From positions 1 to 37,460 of the forward strand of contig CAJWGW010000002.1 of NCBI GenBank assembly GCA_913041175.1: a stretch of 37,460 bases of DNA, given 5' to 3'. The stretch's first letter is position 1; each line of letters begins with the position of its first letter. Positions 1 through 8,323 of this stretch are shown one piece after another. The position numbers were made by a program, and so were the translations under genes. Under the pieces are notes generated by a model, which worked only from the letters and a program-made list of their open reading frames with translations, was not told the DNA's origin and did no database searches. Source of the DNA: an uncultured bacterium. Its GTDB lineage: Bacteria; Patescibacteriota; Minisyncoccia; Phycocordibacterales; UBA2163.

Positions 1-37
1 TACTACGGATTTTCTATTTTGTCTATTTTAAAATAAT

Positions 38-346
38 TTAGACCTTTAGGTCTTCCATCGCCTCGTCAACACTTCTTGAAGCAGGACCTTTGCCTCCTTC
101 TGGTTCGTTAATCTTTAGATTAACGCGAGCGTTGTTTTTCATTCCAACGACTCTAAGAAGTGTACGAATAGCCTTGGCTGTGTTTCCCTGTCGGCCAATG
201 ATTTTCCCCATATCTTCTGCACTGATATCAAGAGTAAGAAGTACTCCCATCTCATCTACAGCTCTAACGACTTTTACGTCTTTTGGGTTATCAACCAACT
301 CCTTTACTACAAATTCAAGGAATGCCTGATCTTTCTCTGTTGCCAT
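38..346 (-). CDS. khpA: KH-domain RNA-binding protein KhpA (YlqC family)
   Basis: Motifs ELVDNPKDV...DMGKIIGRQG (KH GxxG)...AIRTLL. Start placed at the ATG at 346 (MATEKD) rather than the ORF-track start at 382. Confidence 0.92.
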   Translation of the reverse strand: MATEKDQAFLEFVVKELVDNPKDVKVVRAVDEMGVLLTLDISAEDMGKIIGRQGNTAKAIRTLLRVVGMKNNARVNLKINEPEGGKGPASRSVDEAMEDLKV

Positions 347-408
347 AATTCTAATCGTGTATTTACTGTTCTTATAATCCACGCAGTTCTCGACTTTCTG
401 CTACGGCT

Positions 409-437
409 ATTATATACGATTACACCTAAAATGTCAA
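409..437 (-). promoter_or_regulatory. Consensus sigma70 promoter of khpA
   Basis: Minus strand TTGACA (437-432), 17-nt spacer, TATAAT (414-409). Confidence 0.85.
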
Positions 438-441
438 ATAT

Positions 442-473
442 AAAAAAGCAGATTGCATTAGGACAATCTGCTT
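442..473 (-). terminator. Intrinsic terminator of the 458-850 gene
   Basis: AAGCAGATTG/CAATCTGCTT 10-bp stem followed by a T-run on the minus strand. The ORF stop codon lies in the loop. Confidence 0.75.
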
Positions 474-850
474 CTTCTTGCATATTTACCCTTTCCCCAG
501 ATAATTTTTTCACCAATTTGTATAAAATCATCAGAGTGTTTTTCTACAAATTTTTGGAATTCTAGACATTTTTTCTTATCAAGGATAGCATCCTTTCTCA
601 TACCTTTTGATCTACCTCTACGTACTTCATGTCCTGTTACTTCTATAACTTTATGTTTCTCAAGAAAAGGAATAATGTAGGAGTTATCCTGCTTTGTCCA
701 TAGTTTTAAATAATCGCGTAAACCTTCCAAAATGATTGTACTTTTGTCTGTATCTTCAAAAAACTTTATGAAATTTTCTGCTATAGTAAGCAACTTGCCC
801 TTGCTTGTTCTAACTGGAATCTTCCTCAGATTCAGTTTGATATCACTCAT
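458..850 (-). CDS. Hypothetical basic protein, possibly winged-helix-like
   Basis: 130-aa ORF with a strong SD (AAAGGAGGTG) upstream and a terminator. FLEKHKVIEV...RRGRSKG resembles a wHTH wing (weak). Confidence 0.7.
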   Translation of the reverse strand: MSDIKLNLRKIPVRTSKGKLLTIAENFIKFFEDTDKSTIILEGLRDYLKLWTKQDNSYIIPFLEKHKVIEVTGHEVRRGRSKGMRKDAILDKKKCLEFQKFVEKHSDDFIQIGEKIIWGKGKYARRSRLS

Positions 851-909
851 TGAACACCTCCTTTATTTAAAATAAAGAACTAAAACCTTTATTAAATTAA
901 AGCATTAAC

Positions 910-1302
910 CTATTCCGTTGTCACGCCGTCAAAATGCTCGTCGTCTGCCTCTGCTTCCTCTTTTGTTTTGTGTATTACGCCGTCTTTGTGGTTCGGCGGT
1001 GAGTAAATAGTATAGAGTTTTAGGTCTACATCCCCTGTGTTTATAAAATTATGCTGTGTACCTGCAGGCACCACTACAGCAGAGCCGTCCTCTACAGAAC
1101 TCTCCACACCATCAAGTACAGCTTTCCCTTCACCTTGTTCAAAACGTAGGAACTGGTCAAGACCGTGGACTTCCATCCCTATCTCCTCTCCTGGCTTTAT
1201 ACTCATCAGCACGAGTTGGCTGTTTTTAGATGTATATAGTACACGACGAAAATCAGTATTTTCTTTTGTCACTTTTTCTATGTTTGTATTGTATCCTTTC
1301 AT
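910..1302 (-). CDS. Cupin-domain protein (cupin_2 type)
   Basis: FRRVLYT, QLVLMS, IGMEVH, DQFLRFEQG, VPAGTQHN and LYTIYSPPNH are conserved cupin motifs. Confidence 0.9.
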   Translation of the reverse strand: MKGYNTNIEKVTKENTDFRRVLYTSKNSQLVLMSIKPGEEIGMEVHGLDQFLRFEQGEGKAVLDGVESSVEDGSAVVVPAGTQHNFINTGDVDLKLYTIYSPPNHKDGVIHKTKEEAEADDEHFDGVTTE

Positions 1303-1396
1303 AATATTTTAAATTCAGTTGGTACTAGCCCAATTAAATCCCAATTTTAAGTGATTTATAAATTTCCTAACCTAATAGTTAAATCGGTTTAGCTGT

Positions 1397-1780
1397 TTAG
1401 AAAAACAGTTCTTTTAGTACCCAGATGGACAAAGCAAGCCAAATCAATATCTGAAGCCAAGACTTTCCTATAAGGTGTTTGTCTTTCCCGAACTGCTCCA
1501 TAAGCGTTGCCAGCTTTTTAGGATATGCCATAAAGCCGGTCATAATTAAAAGCGCGACAAAGGCTGTAACCGCATAAATTTCTACAATGGTTAATGACTC
1601 TAATAAATACCTAAGAACCAATGCTGCCAAAACCAAAGATACAACCATTCCAGCAGTACCTGATTTCAACACAGGAAGTGATATCTTGCGCATCCAAATT
1701 GAAGGATCCTTCAGGACGACTAATATTTTAATGATAGTAACTATTGCGACTACCAACGCAATTATTTCTATGGGTGTCAT
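1397..1780 (-). CDS. Hypothetical membrane protein (about 4 TM segments)
   Basis: Four hydrophobic segments. Start placed at MTPIEII (1780). Confidence 0.75.
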   Translation of the reverse strand: MTPIEIIALVVAIVTIIKILVVLKDPSIWMRKISLPVLKSGTAGMVVSLVLAALVLRYLLESLTIVEIYAVTAFVALLIMTGFMAYPKKLATLMEQFGKDKHLIGKSWLQILIWLALSIWVLKELFF

Positions 1781-1858
1781 ATGTTTATATTTTAACAACA
1801 AAGATGCTGGAGTGTAAGAGTTTAATTGTGGATATTGTGGATGTGGTTAAAAAATTAA

Positions 1859-2179
1859 CTATAGTACAATATAAAAACAACAAAAGGCAGATAAAACTTT
1901 ACCTTTTGTTGTAAAATTTATCCGCCTTTTTTTATCTTTCGCAGTTTTTAGAGCTTTTCTTACAGTTTCAATTATTTCAGATAAATCCTCGTCTTCTTCA
2001 GCGGTTTCAAAAAGAGCTCCAATAAGGTCTTCCATCTCAACTCTTGCGTAAAGAGTCTTTCCTCCATTATTATCGTCATTAATACGGATGCAATAATCAC
2101 CTACATTGTGGCCCATAATTACAGTTATTCCCAAATTCAAATGTTCTCTTGAATCAAATAATTCTACCACTTTTAACAT
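1859..2179 (-). CDS. Hypothetical protein
   Basis: ATG at 2179 preceded by SD GAAGGAGG. The 3' end reads through a long hairpin (1882-1930). Confidence 0.6.
   Translation of the reverse strand: MLKVVELFDSREHLNLGITVIMGHNVGDYCIRINDDNNGGKTLYARVEMEDLIGALFETAEEDEDLSEIIETVRKALKTAKDKKRRINFTTKGKVLSAFCCFYIVL
1882..1930 (-). terminator. Terminator-like hairpin
   Basis: AAAAGGCAGATAAAACTTTAC / GTAAAATTTATCCGCCTTTT imperfect inverted repeat followed by T-rich sequence on the minus strand. Confidence 0.55.
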
Positions 2180-2190
2180 GACATCCTCCT

Positions 2191-2322
2191 TCAAAATAAA
2201 ACTACCATATAAAATAAAAGTGTCCATCCCCACTCTCCGTGCTCACCGAGTGGAGAGTAGAGGGGAGACTTTTGTCGGTGTGTGATGTTTGAAGTGAGAC
2301 CACACACCTTCCAATGTTTCAT
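2191..2322 (-). other. Structured segment / possible 43-aa small ORF (MKHWKVCGLTSNITHRQKSPLYSPLGEHGEWGWTLLFYMVVLF)
   Basis: SD AAGGAG before the ATG at 2322. Contains two GC-rich hairpins (GGTGTGTG/CACACACC and ACTCTCC/GGAGAGT). The stop overlaps the SD of the next gene. Confidence 0.35.
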
Positions 2323-2391
2323 TTTTTTCTCCTTAAAAAGATGAAATGAAATATAGAAACGGAAGTTTGAGGAAAAATATAGATGAACATA

Positions 2392-2550
2392 TCATCTATA
2401 GTGTAGCAACAAACGAAGCTTTTCTCCCAAACAATAATGTTTTTCCTCTTCTTCTAATTCTTCCGCTGCCCTCTTTCGCTCTTCATTCATTAGCAACCGA
2501 ATCTGAAGGACTTTGTAAAGCTCTCGGAAACTGTATCCTATCATTTTCAT
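2392..2550 (-). CDS. Hypothetical 52-aa protein
   Basis: ATG at 2550 (MKMIGYS) preceded by GGGAGAG, downstream of a promoter at 2614-2642. Confidence 0.45.
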   Translation of the reverse strand: MKMIGYSFRELYKVLQIRLLMNEERKRAAEELEEEEKHYCLGEKLRLLLHYR

Positions 2551-2613
2551 TTTCTCTCTCCCGTACAAAATTAAGTTAAATGAAACAAAATTTATTAATG
2601 AACTTTCACCATA

Positions 2614-2642
2614 AGAATAACATACATTAGATAATATGTCAA
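2614..2642 (-). promoter_or_regulatory. sigma70-type promoter
   Basis: TTGACA, 17-nt spacer ending in TGn, TATTCT on the minus strand, followed by GTTCATTAA (boxA-like). Confidence 0.65.
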
Positions 2643-2809
2643 TAGCTGTGGACATAGCACTAAAGAATTGGAACCGCTTGGAAACCTATATATTTGAGAG
2701 TTGTGTACTGTTAAACAGTGGGAAAACAGTTAAAAATACAGTTTAGTTGTTTGAAATAAGTTTGTTTTCATAACAAACATAGTAGGAGTTGAATGAATGA
2801 TATTAGAAT

Positions 2810-3544
2810 CTATCTATTTTTACTTTTGTGCTGTGAGACTAGGGCTTCTGCCTCCTTCAGGAGATTCCCCATTTCCTCTGCGATATCGACTCCAAGTTTA
2901 TCAAAACTTGGAATTGCTTTGTCTAAAACTTTTAGCAGATTTTCCGCATTTTCTTTTTCTTCAAGGTTTTCAGTTGTTTCTGCTGTCAGTTGGGTTTCAT
3001 TTTTAAGCATTCGTAATTCCGTCCATTTCATTATAGTAGCCGTATGTATTTCTTGAAGTTCAGCTACCTTACCTTGAATCTTCATCAATTCAAATTTAAG
3101 TAAGATGTCATCGACCATCTCAATACCCATCTGTTCAAATGTGGTGCCAGAAGAGTCTTCTGTAGCTTTTCCTTCTTGACTTTCTTGTTGTTCTGTCTGT
3201 GTATTGCTCTCGGACGCCTCTGCTTTACTGACACCCATCTTGCCAGCTGACCAAAGACATGCCATTAATGTAGCTCCAATAAAAGCTTTTCTTAAAAATG
3301 TTTTCGTACGAGATTCTTTCTTTTCTTCAAGCGCTTCTTTTTCTTTTCTAAAAAAACTGCCCAGACTTTGTATATCGTTAAGTTTTTCTTCAATTTCTTC
3401 AAGTTTAAGTTCTTCTTTAATTTCTTCAAGAGACGCTCTGTAGTTTTCGAGCGAGTCAGTAGAAGCTGTACCTGATTCTTTTTTTTCACCCTCTTCTTTT
3501 TCACCCTCTTCTTTATTTATATTTTCAAGTTCAAATCCTTCCAT
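2810..3544 (-). CDS. Hypothetical acidic coiled-coil protein with one internal TM/signal-like segment
   Basis: 244 aa. E/K-rich N-terminus, then RKAFIGATLMACLWSAG...KAEA, then a helical C-terminus. Confidence 0.75.
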   Translation of the reverse strand: MEGFELENINKEEGEKEEGEKKESGTASTDSLENYRASLEEIKEELKLEEIEEKLNDIQSLGSFFRKEKEALEEKKESRTKTFLRKAFIGATLMACLWSAGKMGVSKAEASESNTQTEQQESQEGKATEDSSGTTFEQMGIEMVDDILLKFELMKIQGKVAELQEIHTATIMKWTELRMLKNETQLTAETTENLEEKENAENLLKVLDKAIPSFDKLGVDIAEEMGNLLKEAEALVSQHKSKNR

Positions 3545-3548
3545 AATT

Positions 3549-3815
3549 TTAATTTAATTTATTTAACTTTTCTTCCTCTTCTTTTAATATTTTGTTTAGC
3601 TCTTCTTTATCACCACTTTCAAAAGCTTTGAATTTACGCTTTAGAAAATCAGTAAATTGTTCTAATTCATCTGGCTTTTCTTCTAAATATTCTATAAATG
3701 ACTCTATTACAATAGACGGGAGTTTCATTGAAAGCTTTTCATTCCAAAAGCTTTTGTCTTCGTCTGATAGTGATGAGTCTTTTATGATATTTTGTAATTT
3801 TGTTAAATTATCCAT
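3549..3815 (-). CDS. Hypothetical acidic helical protein
   Basis: 88-aa ORF ending 4 nt before the next gene, consistent with an operon. Confidence 0.7.
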   Translation of the reverse strand: MDNLTKLQNIIKDSSLSDEDKSFWNEKLSMKLPSIVIESFIEYLEEKPDELEQFTDFLKRKFKAFESGDKEELNKILKEEEEKLNKLN

Positions 3816-3896
3816 ACCAAAATGATATCACCACCACTCAATTATCACAATATATGTGTGTGTGTATAACTGTCTCTTTTATATATTCTTATGTTT

Positions 3897-4199
3897 TCAA
3901 TCATTAGGAAGTCTGCCTTCCTTCTTTCGTTGCTCGTATGTTTCAGATTTGGTGCAGCGATTGATTATATTACCCATATGCCAGTAAGTGAGACCATTGT
4001 AGTCCCAATATATCTGCTTTGTGTCATAAAAACTACCCTCATATCCATGCGTGTCTATATGCTCCGCCAGCGCCAAAAACAAATCGTTATCTACTCTTTC
4101 TTGCACAATGTACTCATGTGGCCATGTTTCTGCATACGTTTTTGCAAAAATCCACTCAGAATCCTCAATAAATTTTATTTGTTCTTTTTGTAACTCCAT
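3897..4199 (-). CDS. Conserved-looking hypothetical protein (WxFAKTYAxTWPHEY motif)
   Basis: 100 aa, aromatic-rich, starts immediately 3' of tRNA-Ala. Confidence 0.75.
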   Translation of the reverse strand: MELQKEQIKFIEDSEWIFAKTYAETWPHEYIVQERVDNDLFLALAEHIDTHGYEGSFYDTKQIYWDYNGLTYWHMGNIINRCTKSETYEQRKKEGRLPND

Positions 4200-4223
4200 T
4201 CGTAGATTCTTCTATTTATTATG

Positions 4224-4296
4224 TGGACCCGACAGGACTCGAACCCGCCACCTCCTCAGTGCAAATGAGGCGCTCTACCAGATGAGCTACGGGCCC
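4224..4296 (-). tRNA. tRNA-Ala(UGC)
   Basis: GGGCCCG/CGGGTCC acceptor stem with G3:U70, anticodon arm CCTCA-TT-TGC-AC-TGAGG, GTTCGAGT T-loop. CCA is not encoded. Confidence 0.97.
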
Positions 4297-4326
4297 ATAC
4301 TAAAATTATGTAATGATTATTCTACC

Positions 4327-5298
4327 TTATTTTCCATGAATCGCAAGTTCGATTAGATGATCCAAAAACTCCGGAAGCGAAGAGCCAGCGGCAGAAAGTG
4401 ACTTCGGAACGAGAGATTTTTCCGTTAGCCCCGGAAGCGTGTTGACTTCAAGAAAATAGATTCCGCGAGGACTTACTATGAAGTCTGAGCGGGAGTAATG
4501 CCTTAAACCAAGCTCTTTATGGACCTCTCTTGCAATACGTTGTATTTCTTCCTTTATAACTCTATCAAGATGCGCTGGACAAACTTCCTGCGTCTCTCCA
4601 CTATATTTTGCATTATAATCAAAAAAAACGCTCTTTTTTGGCGGGATTATCTCAACTGGCATGAGAGCATATAGTTTCTCACCTCTGAATCCTTCTATAA
4701 CTCCACATGTGACTTCCCTGCCATTTATACATTCTTCAATTAAAATCCTTGGTGAATACTCCAATGCTTTATAAACACCTTCCATCAAGCTGCCGAAATC
4801 CTTTGCGATAGTCACTCCTATAGATGATCCGCCGATTGCTGGTTTAACCACAGAAGGTTGTATAAAATTTCTAAAAATATTGAGAATATCTTTTTTTAAG
4901 TCTTTTGAATAATCCAATACTATATGCTCCGGGGTATTTATACGACATGACTCAATCCCCTGCTTTGTAAGAAGCTTGTTCATGCTCACTGTGGATGCAA
5001 ATGCTGTGGAGCCGGTATAAGGAACTCCAAAAGAATCCAAAATCTTCTGCACAGTGCCGTCCTCGCCGTACTGCCCGTGCATTGCATTAAATATCACATC
5101 AACTTGCTTCGCTATTTTTTCAGGAGTTGTGGGCATTCCACGAAGATGCCACTGTCCGTCTTTGGAGATAAAAATATCACGCGCATCATATTTACTTTCA
5201 GAAAGATTCTTTAGCACACTTGCACCTGTTTTGAGTGATATATCATATTCACTGCTCGGGCCTCCGCGCATGACTCCTACTTTAATTTTTGATGACAT
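4327..5298 (-). CDS. ddl: D-alanine--D-alanine ligase
   Basis: GGPSSEYDIS, HGQYGEDG, GSSIGV, FDYNAKY and LEVNTLPG motifs. Confidence 0.96.
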   Translation of the reverse strand: MSSKIKVGVMRGGPSSEYDISLKTGASVLKNLSESKYDARDIFISKDGQWHLRGMPTTPEKIAKQVDVIFNAMHGQYGEDGTVQKILDSFGVPYTGSTAFASTVSMNKLLTKQGIESCRINTPEHIVLDYSKDLKKDILNIFRNFIQPSVVKPAIGGSSIGVTIAKDFGSLMEGVYKALEYSPRILIEECINGREVTCGVIEGFRGEKLYALMPVEIIPPKKSVFFDYNAKYSGETQEVCPAHLDRVIKEEIQRIAREVHKELGLRHYSRSDFIVSPRGIYFLEVNTLPGLTEKSLVPKSLSAAGSSLPEFLDHLIELAIHGK

Positions 5299-5319
5299 AT
5301 TATAGAAAGTATAGCACGA

Positions 5320-5481
5320 TTATTTTTTCCAAAAAGATTTTTTGCGATGAAATGAAAGAGCAAATCTGTGTGCTTCGGAGTTTGCCAACAGAATTTCTTT
5401 TTCATAGTTTGTCTTTATACTCTCATCAGCAAGAATTCCTTTTGGCTTATTCTTCAACTTTTTCTCAATATTGAATTTCAT
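5320..5481 (-). pseudogene. 53-aa uvrC-like remnant (not in the ORF track)
   Basis: MKFNIEKKLKNKPKGILADESIKTNYEKEILLANSEAHRFALSFHRKKSFWKK. EAHRFA.SFHRK matches the end of the UvrC RNase H-like domain. Confidence 0.65.
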
Positions 5482-5507
5482 AAAAAAAGCATAGCATATT
5501 AGAGCGA

Positions 5508-5639
5508 AAGTTGGTCATTTATAAAACCTTTCGCAGTCGAGAGCAAGCATGGTTTTTGCGTAGCAAAATTGCTTCGACGAGAAGAGCAAAAAATCCCCGC
5601 TGGGGGATTTTAAGGCGTGTTTCTATAAATGACCAACTT
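5508..5639. mobile_element. MITE-like element, 132 bp
   Basis: Perfect 16-bp TIRs AAGTTGGTCATTTATA / TATAAATGACCAACTT, flanked on both sides by GAGCGA (5502-5507 and 5640-5645). Internal hairpins, no transposase. Confidence 0.8.
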
Positions 5640-5649
5640 GAGCGATTCT

Positions 5650-6162
5650 CTATTGTGCGTCAACTGCTAATAGCTCTACATCAAAGAGTAATGTTGAACC
5701 TGCAGGAATTGCTCCGATTGCTCTATCTCCATATGCCATATTTGCTGGAATCACAAGACTTCTTTTACCACCAACTTTCATGCCCGCAAATCCTTGCTCC
5801 CATCCTTGTATAACCTGCCCTGCGCCTAAGATAAACCGGAAAGGCTCTCCGCGATCAATTGAGCTGTCAAACTTCGCACCGTTCGTTAGAGTACCTGTAT
5901 AATGAACAGTTATTATTTTTCCAGCTACTGCTTCTTCTCCTGTTCCTATTACTGTATCTGTTATTGTCATACCAGTTGTATTTACTGATGAAGGAGTTTC
6001 TTCTTCTACTATTGATAAATCGCTAAGTGATGCCGTATCACCCGCGCCACCACCCCTACCATTTGATATAAAACCAATTACACTCGCTGCCGCGAAAAAG
6101 AATAGTATGACAGCAAGTGATACAAACACAGCTGTCTTCTCATTATTGCCTAATTTCTTCAT
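5650..6162 (-). CDS. FKBP-type peptidyl-prolyl isomerase with N-terminal membrane anchor
   Basis: VHYTGTL..G..FDSS, VIQGWEQG, AYG and IPAGSTLLFDVELL motifs. Hydrophobic N-terminus. Confidence 0.95.
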   Translation of the reverse strand: MKKLGNNEKTAVFVSLAVILFFFAAASVIGFISNGRGGGAGDTASLSDLSIVEEETPSSVNTTGMTITDTVIGTGEEAVAGKIITVHYTGTLTNGAKFDSSIDRGEPFRFILGAGQVIQGWEQGFAGMKVGGKRSLVIPANMAYGDRAIGAIPAGSTLLFDVELLAVDAQ

Positions 6163-6240
6163 AGTAAATTATATAAAGTTAAGTTTAATATCTTTACATA
6201 ATACCCTATTTTCAAAAAATAAAAAGGGGGGTGTGGAAAA

Positions 6241-6276
6241 CCTGTCTGTCCTGCTTGCGCAGGTAGGACAGACAGG
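6241..6276. repeat. Nested GC-rich palindrome (REP-like)
   Basis: CCTGTCTGT-CCTGCTTGCGCAGGTAGG-ACAGACAGG hairpin, related to the palindrome at 8452-8485. Confidence 0.7.
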
Positions 6277-6277
6277 C

Positions 6278-6306
6278 TTGATATCTAATACATATATTGA
6301 TATACT
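6278..6306 (+). promoter_or_regulatory. secG promoter
   Basis: TTGATA, 17-nt spacer ending in TGn, TATACT, located 11 nt before the ATG at 6318. Confidence 0.7.
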
Positions 6307-6317
6307 GGCTTTCACAT

Positions 6318-6548
6318 ATGAACACGATAATTGAATTACTTCCGTACGTCCAGATTGTTCTATCTATCATTCTCATAGGGGCAGTCATACTTCAGCAGAC
6401 AGGGTCAAGCCTCGGTGGTGCTTTTGGCGGAGATAACTTCAGCGCTGGATTTCACAAAAGACGAGGTTTTGAAAAACTACTATTTAATGCGACAATCGTA
6501 ATCGCTATACTTTTTGGAGTTACAGCATTTATAGCACTCATTATTTAA
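6318..6548 (+). CDS. secG: Preprotein translocase subunit SecG
   Basis: Two TM segments with VILQQ.GSSLGGAFGG...RRGFEK.L in between. Confidence 0.92.
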   Translation: MNTIIELLPYVQIVLSIILIGAVILQQTGSSLGGAFGGDNFSAGFHKRRGFEKLLFNATIVIAILFGVTAFIALII

Positions 6549-8311
6549 TGAAAGAAAAATATCGTCAGATACTTAAAAAGAGCTTCTCAATACCAAGAGA
6601 AGAGTCAATACAGAAAAATATAAAGACATTCTCGCCATCGGAGAAAATGCTGTTTTTCTTTTTGGTGGGAATCTTTGTCTTAAGCGCTCTCTTTATACTC
6701 TCAAATATTAATAAATTATTTCTTGTTGAAGTACCAGCACATGGCGGAAGCTTCGTGGAGGGAATAATCGGGTCGCCAAGATTCATTAACCCACTGCTTT
6801 CAAACTCAGACACTGACAGAGACCTAACAGCTCTTGTGTATTCAGGGCTTTTGAAAGCAACTCCGGAAGGCGAGCTTATTGAAGATTTAGCAGAAAGCTA
6901 CACTATCTCAGAGGACGGTTTTATATATGATTTCACTCTAAAGAGTAATATATCCTTCCACGACGGAACGCCAGTAACTGCAGATGATGTGGTATTTACA
7001 GTTGGGAAGGCGCAAGATCCAAGGTTAAAAAGCACCAAACGCGCAAGCTGGGACGGTATTACTGTAGAGAAAGTAAGTGAAAGACAAATCCGCTTTATAT
7101 TGAAACAACCGTACGGACCTTTTCTTGAAAACGCAACTTTAGGTATACTTCCAAAACATATTTGGGTAAAAGCAGGTACAGAACAATTTTCTTTCAGTAA
7201 GTTCAATAACGAACCAATCGGAAGTGGACCATATAAAATAAAAAAAATAAAATACAATTCCGGAGGAACACCAGAGTCTTATGAATTCGAGTCATTCGGT
7301 AAATATGCACTCGGAGAACCACCTATTTCAAATATTAAAATTATTTTTTATTCAAGTGAGAGCAATCTAATTGAAGGATATAAAAAAGGAGAAGTTGAAG
7401 GCATAAACAGCATCTCCCCTGATAAGCTCGGGGAGCTTGAAAAAATGGGTGTACGAATTGAAAGATCTCCTCTCCCAAGAATCTTTGCGGTATTCTTTAA
7501 CCAAAACGAAGCGCAAGTCTTTGCAAATAAGGAAGTAAGGCGCGCACTTGATATGGCACTTGATAAGAAAAAAATTGTGCAAGAAGTTCTTGGCGGTTAC
7601 GGCACGAATATTGACGGCCCAATACCACCAAGTGTGCTGAAGCAAAGCAAAGAAAAAATTCGCGGACAAAAAACGATTAATCCTGCTGATAGAAAAGATT
7701 TCGCAATAGAGATACTTGAAGACAACGGATGGGAATTTAATGAGGAATTGAAAGTATGGGAGAAAAAAACCAAAAAGGAAGAGAGTTATTTGCGCTTCTC
7801 GCTTTCAACATCAGACACTCCGGAATTGAAAGCTGCAGCGGAAATTATAGTAGAAGAGTGGAGAAATTTGGGAGCTGATGTTACCCTTAAAGTCTTTGAA
7901 GCGGGCGACCTTAATCAAAATATAATTCGTCCACGAAAATACGATGCACTGCTGTTTGGCGAGATAATAAGCCGTGAATTAGACCTTTTTGCATTTTGGC
8001 ACTCCTCCCAAAGAAACGATCCGGGACTTAATATTGCTTTGTATGCAAATATCACAGCGGATAAACTGCTTGAAGAAGCTCGCACAGCGACCAATAGAAA
8101 TGTTATGATTGATAATTATAGGAAGTTTGAAGATGAGGTTGATGCAGATGTACCTGCAGTGTTTGTATACTCACCAGATTTCATTTACATAACTCCCAAA
8201 AACATAAAATCACTTGAACTTGGAGCAGTAACAACTCCGAGTGAAAGATTTCTTAATATACATGAGTGGTACATAGAAACAGACAAAGTATGGAATTTTT
8301 TCGAAAACTAA
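6548..8311 (+). CDS. Family 5 (OppA/DppA-like) solute-binding protein, membrane anchored
   Basis: PRFINP, DLAESY, FHDGTPVTADDVVFT and PIGSGPY motifs, N-terminal TM. TAATG overlap with secG. Confidence 0.92.
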   Translation: MKEKYRQILKKSFSIPREESIQKNIKTFSPSEKMLFFFLVGIFVLSALFILSNINKLFLVEVPAHGGSFVEGIIGSPRFINPLLSNSDTDRDLTALVYSGLLKATPEGELIEDLAESYTISEDGFIYDFTLKSNISFHDGTPVTADDVVFTVGKAQDPRLKSTKRASWDGITVEKVSERQIRFILKQPYGPFLENATLGILPKHIWVKAGTEQFSFSKFNNEPIGSGPYKIKKIKYNSGGTPESYEFESFGKYALGEPPISNIKIIFYSSESNLIEGYKKGEVEGINSISPDKLGELEKMGVRIERSPLPRIFAVFFNQNEAQVFANKEVRRALDMALDKKKIVQEVLGGYGTNIDGPIPPSVLKQSKEKIRGQKTINPADRKDFAIEILEDNGWEFNEELKVWEKKTKKEESYLRFSLSTSDTPELKAAAEIIVEEWRNLGADVTLKVFEAGDLNQNIIRPRKYDALLFGEIISRELDLFAFWHSSQRNDPGLNIALYANITADKLLEEARTATNRNVMIDNYRKFEDEVDADVPAVFVYSPDFIYITPKNIKSLELGAVTTPSERFLNIHEWYIETDKVWNFFEN

Positions 8312-8323
8312 AATTTAATAAAC

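Noticed and set aside
3897..4296. Prophage or integrative element at tRNA-Ala
   Set aside because: No integrase, phage genes or duplicated tRNA 3' end in the window.
5511..5813. 100-aa ORF as the transposase of the MITE
   Set aside because: Starts inside the TIR, runs antisense into the FKBP gene, and has no DDE or HUH motif.
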